Shown piece after piece: positions 23,195-34,126 of a stretch of DNA of 64,000 bases. The position numbers and the translations under genes are program-made. Under the pieces are notes generated by a model, which was given only the letters and a program-made list of their open reading frames with translations, did no database searches and was not told the DNA's origin. Every line of letters starts with the position of its first letter. Within the stretch, counting starts at the first letter, position 1. Where the stretch lies: assembly GCA_965112735.1 (NCBI GenBank), contig OZ218961.1, positions 2,170,001 through 2,234,000 of the forward strand. Reading direction: 5' to 3'. The stretch comes from Phaeosaccion multiseriatum. Its lineage: Eukaryota > Protista > Ochrophyta, other classes.

Positions 23195-25606
23195 ATGGCC
23201 GAGGGCTGCAAAGTATGTAAGTACCAGTGAGAAAGGCAGGTCCAGAAGGCGCACACTCGCTTGCCCTGGGTGGGGACGGGTTATTTTTTTGTTTTCCGTC
23301 TCGCTCCTGCCTTACCCCTCTCGCCAAGTTGTAAGCACGCGTGGACGAGTGGACGAGGGGAGAGAGAGAGATATCGCAAGGGCCGTCGTCCTAATCGCCG
23401 TGCTGCCTCCTGTCTCTTTCCTTCTCCAACTCCCTTTTTCGCTGTCGGATATCTGTTCTTCGATCGTTGTTCCATCTTCTTTCGGTGGGTCTTTCTCCTC
23501 CCCCCGCACCCGCCCTTCTCCCCCACTCTCAGGGGTGGGGAACCTGCACACTGGTAAGTGCGAAATGGAACGGGGCTTTTCCACTGGAGCGCATGCCGTA
23601 AGATCGAGCACTGGTAGAAGGGGGGTTGCAAAATCTTCTGTTTTGAAGGGGTCTTCTATTGGTAGTTTCCTTCGTCATCTATTTCTGCTCAGCTCAGCAT
23701 GCTGCGCTTGTGGGAGAAGACGAAGGAGGAGTGGGGACGCATCTCTAGACGAGAAAACACCTAACGAATGGCTGACATGAGTTCCCCTCTTGCCCCCGTC
23801 GTTTACCGTGCCGTGCTCCTTTGTGCCTGCTCCGTGCGTCCCCTCTGCTACACCACGACAGCCGCGGGTGAGCCTGACCTCCAGGACAGCTTCAGCAAGT
23901 ACGGAAGGATCTCCAAGATCTGGATCGCCCGCAAGCCGCCAGGTAGCCGCCCCGGTCACCGGTCCACTGTCGCCCCACAGTCCCTTCTTCCCATGTGCCA
24001 CTACCACCACCACCAGTCGTCGTATCTTCTCCATCTCCACCTCGACCCACCGCGTCGTCATCACCATCACCGGCGCTGACGCCCGCACGTCACCCCACCA
24101 TACTCAGCGATGAAGTGACTGGTGGCGGTCAGAGGAGGGGATAGATAGAAGGGGATGGGCGGCAGCTCTCTCTCCGACGTCTCCCTTCCCCCTCCCCCCC
24201 TGCGGCCTGTGGTCTTTGTGGTCTGCACTTCACTGCCTTCTCCACCACCTCCCTACCTTCGCCACCATCATAGCACCAACGCCGCCAGTGACAAGCGTCA
24301 CTCCGTCTCCATCCGCATCGACTTCGACTTTCTGTTTCGACAGCATCGACTTTGTTGACTGCCCCCCCCTTCCCTCCGTCTGCCATCGGCCTCGACCCAC
24401 GCGCTTTCTCACATGGCATACACGCACACGACGCACACGCACACCCCGCTTGGGCTACTGCTACTGCTACCACTGCCACTGCTATCCTCACACTCACCTT
24501 GTCCACACCACACACATACACACACACACGCATGCATGCACGCACACATGAAGGCTTTGCGTTCATCACTTTCGAAGACCCAAAGGACGCGGAGGATGCG
24601 TGCAGAGGAGAGAACAAGAGGGAGCTGCTGGGCAGGATCATTCGTGTTGAGGTTTCCACCACCAGGTCAGTGCGTGTGTGCGTGTGTGCGTGCGTGCGTG
24701 GGTGGGTGAGCGTGTCCTGAGATTTGCTTTCGTAGTGCTGTGGCCTCCTGCTGCTGGTGGTGTTGGTAGTGCTGCTGCTGCTGCTGGTGTATCACCAACT
24801 GCTCGTGTTGGTAGTGCTGCAGGTGCACGGGGTCGGGGGTGGGAGTGCAGATAGAGAAGGTGTGCCCTCTGTTTGGCCGATTTTCGGGAGTCATGTCTGG
24901 CATGCATGGGTCCACACGCACACAGACAAACACACACTCTCTCTCTTATCCCCTCTCTCTCTCTCCCTCTCTCCCTCTCTCCCTCTCTCCCTCTCTCCCT
25001 CCCTCCCAATGCCTGCTCAGGGGCGGCGGCGGTGAAGGTGGCCGCGGCGGCTACGGCGGCTACGGCGGAGGAGGAGGGGGCTACGGAGGGGGCTATGGCG
25101 GCGGTGGCAGGGGGTACGGGGACGGAGGGAGAGGGGGTCGCAGCAGGAGCAGGAGCAGGGAGAGGGGAAGGAGGGGCAACAGCAGGGACAGGGGCGGCGG
25201 GCGCAGCAGGAGCCGAAGCCTCCCCAAGAGGGACCGTCGAAGGGACGAAGAGGGCGGCAGCGAGAGAAGGAGGGAGAGGAGGGATGGCAGCCGCGACCGA
25301 GACGGTGGTCGCGACGGTGGGCGGGACAGTGCTCGTGACAGCAATGGTCATGGTCGTGACCACAACAATGGTCGACAGGACAACAACGGTCGCTCGGACA
25401 GGCGTGATGGGGGGGGAGGAGGGAGGACGGACAGCAGGGAGAGGCGGAGGGGCCGCGACCGCAGCAGTCGACATGATGACGACGACGAGGGGGGGGACAG
25501 GGGAGGTAGCCCGGGGGGTGGGGACAGAGGGAGGGATAGCAGGAGGGAGAGGGGGGGAAGTAACGACCGCAGGGATCCCTCCCCGCAGGAGGCAGGCACT
25601 GAATGA
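23195..25606 (+). CDS. SR-family splicing factor (SRSF3/SRSF7-like; single RRM + Gly/RS-rich tail)
   Basis: Exons 23195-23216, 23533-23553, ~23862-23942, ~24554-24665 and 25021-25606 splice to [57 protein letters not shown]..RVEVS, followed by GGY and RSRSRS repeats. Confidence 0.9.
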
Positions 25607-26668
25607 CGACAAGGTGTAGACGATGCGAGATGAAAGACGGAAGGCTAGACTCGACTCGACGGGACAACGAGAGGATTGGTCATGGGGAGAGGAGGAGAGG
25701 AGAGGAGAGGGAGAGGGAGAGGCTTTCGGAACGGGAAGAAGCTTGTTTTGACTGGAGGGTGCGGTGGGAAGGGGGGGGTGGGGAAGGAGTCCAAAAGGGG
25801 TGCAAGCCCTCCCCTGTGATACAAACTGCAGGAGGAACGGGACGGGAGAGGAGGAGGAGGAGGAGGAGGAGGAGGAGGAGGAGGAGGAGGAGGAGGAGGA
25901 GCAGCAGGAGCATTAGGAGCATTAGGAGTAGGAGGAGCATGGCGGGGTGGGCCGGGAAGGACTCCGTGTATCGCATATGGCGAGGGAATAGGGCGTAGGG
26001 GTTGGCCGACGCACTACGTAAGAATACGTAAGAGGGCAGAGGGCATAGGGGTTGGCCGTTTCACTGCAGAAGACAGAGGGAGCACAGCAGCTGTCCCTCG
26101 TGTGGTCATGCGGCTTGTACGTATACTGCACTGGAGGAGGGGTGGGCGGAGGACGGGGGGCGGGGCATCGGCACGTAGCAATGTGTGCGTGCGTGCGTGC
26201 GTGCGTGCGTGTGTGCGTGCGTGCGTGCTTCTCCCCTGTCTCTCTCGACGGTGTAAGATGGTGCGGGTGCTTGGCGTGTGTGCGGTCAGCTCCGAGTAGT
26301 TGGGGGCTTTGGGAGAATGGTGAATGGTGAGGGTGCTGCTGGTCCTTAGGATGGCAGTTCATGGTACGACCCCATACGGGCAACCGAGCCAACAGAAGGA
26401 GTCAGGAGGATCTGGAGGATCTGGAGGATCTGAGGAGTGGGGGGGGCGCGTGATCGATCGATCTGTTTGGCTTGTCCTACTTCTACTACTGTCTGTACCA
26501 CACAATACCTTGCTTAGGAGGCACGCGGAGTGGTCTTGTACGCAAACCGAATCGAAAGGGGCAAGGGATTGTTGCCCCAATAAAAAAAGGGCAATAAAAA
26601 AGGGGCCATGGGTAGAAAAAAAGGGATTGGAGCTTTTCCATTTTTAGTACGAAGTAAGTAAAATAAAC

Positions 26669-27702
26669 CTAACCCCCGTCTTCGTATTCATTCTCGTCCA
26701 CATAGTCTTCCTCACTCTCATCAGATGAGTCGACGTCGTGTTGAAAAGTCACCTCGAGCCCCTCGGGTACATCTGCAGGCAGCGGGTAGTCCTCGCTCAC
26801 CTTCAGCTTCCTCAGACCGGCAGGCAGGCTCTCCAAGGGGCACGTGTACCGCTGTCCTAGCTCCAGGGCGCGGAGGGAAGCAGGGAGGTCGAGGGGAAGG
26901 TTGAATGAGCTGAGAGCCCCAAACTTGACCACCTCTATGCCGTTGGGCAGGAGGAGTGGATGATTGAAGGCGCACTGGTCGCGGAAGGTGACCTTCTTCA
27001 CCGAGGCGGGCAGAGTGACGTGTGTGGCGAACATTTTGCCGAACTTCACCTCCTCCAGCGAGGTCGGCAACACCACGCTCTGATTGAAACACACTCCGAA
27101 GGTAATCTTCTTGAGCGAGGAGGGCAACACAATGGGCTTGTCGAAGGTAGAGAACACGCCAAAGTCAAGCTCTTCCAGCGAGCTCGGGAGAGTCACGTCG
27201 CCCCTATTGAAGCTCCAGCCAAGGGTGATCTTCTTGAGCGACTCAGGGAAGACGATGGGATGGTTGAAGACTGAGAACTCTCCGAAGTCCACCTCCTCCA
27301 GCGACGCAGGCAATAGCACTGCAGGCTGGTCGAACTTTGAGTTCATGTGAAAGGTGAGCTTCTTCAGCGAGGGTGGTAGCACGAGGTGGTTGTTGAAGCG
27401 CCGGCCGAATGTCACTTCCTCCACTGTATTGGGCAGCACCACGCCAGGCTGGTCGAAAGAGTAGGAGAAGAGCACACGCTTGACTGTTGCCGGTAGAAGC
27501 GCCAGAGCCTTCGTAACTAGGGCTTTGTCTGCAGCAGTCAGCGTGGCGTCTTCCCGCCTGAGACCCAGGTACACAGTAGTGACGCGAAGCGAGCGTCTCT
27601 TGTCACTCGATCGAGGCTCTTTGCGCAACCTCTTCTTCGCCTCTTGCTCCCGAATCCTCCCTGACCTTCGCAACCCCCCCCCCTGGATGACGCGCCTGCT
27701 GT

Positions 27703-27733
<31 letters not shown>

Positions 27734-27932
27734 CCAGCATGCTCAGCATACGCTGTGCGACACCTTTGGGCACGCGGGCGTTGATGACCACAGCGCGGGA
27801 GGTGGCCTCGTCGAGCTCCTTGCACACTCCCCACAGGGCTTTGTCCCTCAGAAGGCAGGCCACCGTTCTCAAAGCCGCTGGCCCAGCGCTGCACCCAGAA
27901 GCATCACCAGCAGGGCAATCTGGTGCAGGCAT
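26669..27932 (-). CDS. Intronless FNIP-repeat protein with a possible F-box-like N-terminus; one frameshift in a G-run near 27680
   Basis: About ten repeats of FNxPxxLPxSLxxLxFG; the upstream ORF 27603..27932 (LRTVACLL..LWGVCKEL) joins 26669..27673 by a shift in the 11-G run. Confidence 0.75.
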
Positions 27933-28340
27933 TGCCTTGCAAGCTCCAGGGGCAGAGCTAAATCATCTTCTTCCCCGGTTCTCTGTTTTCCGGTTTTAAG
28001 TGCCATCCATGGTTGTCTAAAAGTAACACCTCACCGCCCCGAGGAACCATCTCACCCAAGTGTGCATGGTGAAAGAGTTGGAATCCGGTTCAGCCTCACC
28101 TGTGATCCAGTGGCTGCTCGCTTGACGTACGCACGAGCACACGAGTCCCTCGACATGGCCAGTTGGGAAGGCCATGAAAGGGTTGGCCATGTGGTCAGGG
28201 TGTCGGGGAGGAGGCCTGCTGGAGTGAGGACGAGGAAGGAAGGTGCGATCCTCCACCCTACTCCTCGCAAAGTGGACTTTGTTCGACCATGTGGTTCTTC
28301 TTCCACCCCGAGTGGAGCAAAGACCCCACGTAGAGTGAGA

Positions 28341-28401
28341 GGTGCGTGTGGAGACAGAGCTGGGTTGGGTAGGTGCGTGTGGAGACAGAGCTGGGTTGGG
28401 T
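28341..28401. repeat. 31-bp tandem duplication
   Basis: GGTGCGTGTGGAGACAGAGCTGGGTTGGGT(A) x2. Confidence 0.85.
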
Positions 28402-29280
28402 TTCTCTCTCTTTCTCTATAAACTATAAACCTAGTCTGAAAAGAGATAGACTGCACCTCTTCGAACACCCCCTCCTACATGCCAAAAGCTGAACAACTCG
28501 TCATTCCACCCGCCCTTCCTTAGCAGAGCAGAAGCAGAGCAGCACTCCAGCGATGAAAGAGCTTGTGCAGTGCAGGGCATGCGCGCTGCTCAACATTCCA
28601 GCAAGGTCGAGCTCGACATTGAATCGATCTCGCTACATCATGACCTCCTCTGGCTGAGACATCACGCCTTGGGAAGCCCCTCCTTCCCATTCTCCTGCCG
28701 TGTAGAGGTACAATCAAAAGACAAATGCCCACGAGCGCCAACCCGGAAACCACAGCACCGTCAGGGTCAGGCTGGTCCACATTCATATGAAAAGGAAGAA
28801 GCAAGAAGCGCCTGCGCAAAGTCTGCTCCTTCCTCCACCACCGCGGATGGCCTTGATCTCGATATTCACCGAAGTCGGCCAGGGATTCGCTCTTTTCCGG
28901 TTCCGACCTGCTCGACAGCGGGCGACCACTTCTGGCAGAATCGAATCTGACGCAGGAAAAAAACACAAAACAAGCGCTTGATCCGAATTGGGGAGCATCC
29001 TCCTGAGACGGACGGACACACACGCATCCCACACCTTTGGCGAGCCGAGCCGCCTCTCCTCCACTCCCCGACCTGCCAGTCTAAAGGAGACCACCCGATA
29101 TCCCTGTCGTTACGTGTCGTTACGTATATGCTCCAGCGCGCACACGAACGCTTTTTTAAGAAGGCCCATGCCGTACATACCGCATACCGCATACCGGTAG
29201 CACATGTCCTCACCAAGACACTAGGCCCACGTAGGAGTCCACATCCATTGGGGAAGACGAGAGGTCGACTCTCGGCCGCC

Positions 29281-29344
29281 CACGAGTGCCAACTCAACTG
29301 CCCGATGCTTGACACGAGTGCCAACTCAACTGCCCGATGCTTGA
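29281..29344. repeat. 32-bp perfect tandem duplication
   Basis: CACGAGTGCCAACTCAACTGCCCGATGCTTGA x2. Confidence 0.9.
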
Positions 29345-30329
29345 CGTCGTGAGCGTGAATGTGCAGCCCTCTGCATCATCGGCCGTCGCCCTCTGTGAAC
29401 CCCCACTCGGCCCAATGATTGACGACGAGCGGGAGGGATGGCAGTGCGTGGATGCGTACCCGAGGCTGCTGTAGACCACACACACACACACAGTCCTCTT
29501 CGCATCGCCCCTCCATCACAGCCCCAGTCCCTGCGAGAGGAGGAGTGAAGACTTGGGAGCAGACTCGAGCAGAGAAGGAAACTCGCTCCTGCATCCAAAG
29601 CCCACCACAGATGCCAACGACTACGACCCAAGAGCATGAAAGCTTCGAGCGCGAGGGCCGAGGGCTGAGTCGATTCACATTGGGTGGCGCAGCACCTGTC
29701 CAACATCGGCGTCGTCGTCGAAAAAGCGCCCTCAACCAGCGACCCCCTTCCCTCTCCGCTCCCCTCCTGGGGTCGGCGATAGGTGACACACCAGCTGAAG
29801 ACACCAAACTGAGTTTGGCGGGTATCCAGCCGTTAGTTGGGCAGGGTAGTCGCATGGGGCACTCGCTCATTAGTTGTGAGCCGCACCCAGCAGGCCCCCC
29901 TCCCTCGGAGAATCGCAGCGCGGCTGCCCCGATCCTCCAGCGATGGCAGTACACGGCACACGGGCTGCCCAACCCATATACCCGTACAGCTCCTCAGTCG
30001 CCACCTTCACTGCGCTTTCGGTACCTCTGTGCCCCCCTGAAACCGTTCGATTGACTGAGGGACTGACTCAAACCCGACCGTGACCACGGACGGACCTCTC
30101 TCCCACAGTCGACAGTTGAGAAGAAGTCATCATGTGCCTCCTCGCCCTGTCTCTGGTCCTCAGCAGACTCGGCCGTCGTCGCTCCTGCCCCGGCTCTCTG
30201 CGGCATTTCACAGCCTCAAACCCCACCCTCCCTCCCTACCCCTGCTGACAGATCGCCCAGTGTGATAGATGTGCTCAGCTGCCCGCTGCTTCCAAGCAAC
30301 CAACTAACCACAGAACAAACCAAAACCCA

Positions 30330-31596
30330 TCAGCCGTGCTCCACTCCGTTCGCCGCAGCGGCACTTGCTTCCTCTCCCCCCCCTTCTCCTTGCTGCCCAT
30401 ATGACTGCTTGCCATTGCCCTGTGCCTCCACGTCGTCGCCATCTATCACACCCCCTCCTCCTTCGCCTCTGCCGTCCTCCTTACCCCTCCCGGCAGCTTG
30501 GGCCTGGGCCGTAGCCTCGCTGGCCCCACCGTTGGCTTGGCCATTGCCATGGGCCTGCCCCAGGGCCTCTCCAGCTCCGGCGACCAGGTGCTCTCTGCAG
30601 AGGATTAGGGTCAGGGTGAGGGTCAAGGTCAAGGCCGAGGTACAGTGGGGGGTGGGAGGAGGAGGAGGAATACTCAGAGAGGGAAATCATGGGCCGGAAA
30701 CGAAACCAGCCTTGCGTACGCACGCCAGATGGTGGGATGAGTGCCCGAGCGAATGAGCACAACCATACACACATACACCGAGAGAGATATATACGCACAC
30801 ATATATCTACAGAGAGAGACAGAGATACACACACACACATATCTACAGAGACGCGCACACACACATCAAGCGAGGGATACGCGCGCACACACACTGACAC
30901 ACACCTGTACTGATCGATCATTTCAATCTGATCGAGCTCCTGATCGTCAAATTCAAGCTCGTCTCTGATGTCACCGCTGAAGTTGAACAGCTCGTCAATG
31001 TCTCCACCCTGACCCAAGCAGCGTAGTGCAGGGTGGAAGGAGAGAGAAGGAAGAAGAAAAAAAGGTAAACGTAAGAGCGGCAGAGGCGGGGCAAGAGGTG
31101 GCAGTACAGTGATGTACGGGGCGAGGGTTCCTTCCTTTCTTCCTTCCTCCCGTCCTTTCCTGGTCCCCCCCCCCCCCCCCCTCCTGCTGTTGCAAACTCC
31201 CCCCCCTCTCTCCCTCACCTGCATCTCTAGCGCCTTCTTGAAGGCCATCTCCTCCTCGTCCAGCACATGATTCACTGCAGGGGTCGAGCAGGAGTGGCAG
31301 CGCAGCAGTGGCGGAGAGAGGTTAAGACGGGATGAAGCCGAGAGCAGCTGAATTAGATTAGACGTGGCTGAGCCCTCCTCTTTTTTCAGTCCTTTTGCCT
31401 CCGTCAGTCCCCTTCCCTTCATTTCCTCTCTCTCTTTCTCGTTCCCTCTCTCTCTCCCTCTCTTACCCGCCGTGTAGTGCTGCTTGGACTTGCAGCAGTA
31501 GCGCCGAAGAAGTGCGCCAATGCCCACGAGCACCAGCCCGGTGAGCACCGTGAAGACGATGAGCAGCAGGGGCGAGACGCCGGAGGAAGAACTCAT
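30330..31596 (-). CDS. Small single-pass membrane protein with an acidic cytosolic tail (about 4 exons), unknown function
   Basis: TM helix PLLLIVFTVLTGLVLVGIGALLRRYCCK; further exons VNHVLDEEEMAFKKALEMQ, GGDIDELFNF..IDQYR and EHLVAGAG, bounded by GT-AG. Confidence 0.65.
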
Positions 31597-32066
31597 CTGT
31601 GGGTTGGGCCGATCGATCGGCGGGACCTAAGCTCTGGCAGCTCTTATTGAAGACTTGAGCAAGACGCGTCTTCTCTAACCAACGAGTACCGTGCTTTATC
31701 AGTGGGCAATTGGGGTGGTGTGGGATATCCCACCTCCCTACTCAGCGATCAACATACGTAAGGGTACGTACGGATGGGGTGAATCCTCTCTCTGCCCCAT
31801 GCTTAACAGCGCCTTGCTCTCCTCAGGGGCTTGTGCGTCCTGTAGCGTCTTCTCCCTGACTGCTGCTGTCGCTGTGTGCTCCTGTTAAGCAGCAGGTAGC
31901 GCCCAAAGAGCTTTAATCGGCAGCAGGAAGCGGGAAAGGGCAGCCGAGCGTATTTACATTTGTCCTCACATGCTCAAGGTGTCAGTAGTAGTCTCCGCCC
32001 CTTAGGCCCGTGGCTGCTTTGCCCAAGGCGCCGAACTTGATAGCGGCAGGTCTACCGGAGGGAGCA

Positions 32067-34095
32067 ATGACGGTAGCGAGGGAGGCAACAGCAGCAGCAG
32101 CCGCAGCAGGAGCAGCACCAGCAAGGCAAATGTGGGGCTCCACTTCGGTCGATGGCTGCCTCGCCGCGGCGACGACAAGGCAAGCTCGCAGTGGAAGGAA
32201 GAGGATGAGAGCGAAAAGTGCATCGACGAAGGGATTGGCTCGGGTACTCCCAGCATCTTCTCCTTTGGATTTTAGAGCAAGCGCGGCGGCCGCTGCCAGA
32301 GTGCTGCTGCTCTCCGTCATGCTGTTGAGCAGCCACCACCACCACGTGAGTTGCAGCCCGACCCAAGGTCATGCTCGAGCGGCCGCAGGGTCAAGAGTAG
32401 GAGGAGGGATGGATGGCGCCACTGCGGCGGTGACAGCGGCAGCGGGGGCGGTGGGGCTCGGTCGATCATCCGTGCGAGAAGGACGAGCGTCGAGGGTGGC
32501 TACCGCGGCAGCGAGAGCTGCTGCCGCCATCGCTCGAGGAGGGAGCGGGCAAGGAGGAGAGAGAGGAGGGGAGGGAGGGGGAGGGGGCGGCCCGCCTGAA
32601 GGTGATCCCACGCAGCAGTACAGCCCCTACGACGCCCAGCCGCAGCAGCCGCAGTACCAAGGAGGTGAGCAGGACTACCCACAGAAAGATCAGCAGTATG
32701 AGCAGCCGCATGCACAGCAGTACCAGCAGGAGTATGAGGAGGAGTCTGGGCAGTATTACAATGTCCAGGAAGATGAGCAGCAGCAGCCGCAGCAGCAGCA
32801 GCAGGAGCAGCAACCTTACGAGCAGCCATACGAGGAGCAGTACGAAGACCAGTACAATGTCCAAGAAGATGAGCAGCAGTACGAGCAAGCGTATGAGCAG
32901 CCATACGGGGAGCAGTATGCAGACCAGTACAATGCGCAGGAAGGTCAGCAGCAGCAGCAGCCGCAGCCGCAGCAGCAGCAGCAACCTTACGAGCAACCGT
33001 ATGACCCACAGCAGCAGTACGAGCAGCAACAGCAGCAGGCGCCGCAGAGTGAGCTTCCCGAAGGAGAAAGAGAAGGAGAAGGAGGAGGCCGATACTACGG
33101 AGGAGGGGGGCGGGCAGAAGGAGGGTTGTCGAGTCGACAAAGACAAGCACAAGCACAAGAGGGGGAGGGGGAGGGGGAGGGGGAGGGGGAGGGGGAGGGG
33201 GCCATCGATGAGGGGCTGTACTCCCGACAGCTCTACGTCATGGGCAAGTCGGCGATGGCGAGGCTCAGCAAGGCCGACGTGCTCATCGCAGGCATGAGGT
33301 AGGTAGAGGGGAGGGGAGGCAATGGAGCTGCAGTGGGGTGGGGGTGGGGAGGGGAGGGGAGGGGAGGCAGTGTCGCGCTATGTAGGGGGTGATTGGGTGG
33401 GTAGGGTAAGTAATTCGCTGCGTCGTCAGAAGACTCACAGCACAGGTCAAGACCACTTGCCGACGAGATTCCCTCCTCTCCGTGGTCTTAGCAGCAGCTC
33501 GCCCCCCCCCCCCCATCCCTGTGTGTGCGTGTGTGTGTGCGTGTGTGTGTGTGTGTGTGTGACCGTGTGTGTGTGTGTTTGTGTTTGTGTGAATCCATAT
33601 GCATGCCCTCTTGTCCCCCCCCCCCCTCTCTCCACCATCCACTGCCATCTTATGCCATTTGCTGCCATCCCCAGCGGGCTGGGCCTGGAGGTGGCGAAGA
33701 ACGTCATCCTAGCTGGTGTCAGGTCCGTCACCATCCTTGATGACGCACGCCCCTGCATGGAGGACCTTGCCACGCACTGGGCACTGGACGAGGGTACGTC
33801 CGTAACGCTTACGTTACGCTTACGTTACGCTTACGTAACTCTTACGTAGGAGGAGGTCGGGGGGTTGGGGAGCGTGTTGTGGTGTCGTGGGTGGGAGGGG
33901 CATGCTGCTCAGTTTTGGTCTGCCTTATGTGTGCGGCCTCGGCGGAAAGGCAGAGTCTATCATCATCCTTCTCTCCTCTCCCCCTCTCTCTTTCACACAC
34001 ACACACACTCTCTCCCGCTCTCTCTCGCTCTCTCTCGCTCTCTCTCGCTCTCTCTCTTCCTCTCGCTCTCTCTCTCTATCTCTCTCTCTCTCTTC

Positions 34096-34126
<31 letters not shown>

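Noticed and set aside
23943-24553. Poison exon in SR-gene intron 3
   Set aside because: Plausible for the family, but no strong splice-site pair can be supported from sequence alone.
28000-30300. Overlapping ORFs or a possible mobile element upstream of the FNIP gene
   Set aside because: No domain motifs, terminal repeats or coherent splice model.
30603-30635. Telomere-like TTAGGG/TCAGGG hexamers
   Set aside because: Only a few degenerate intronic units.
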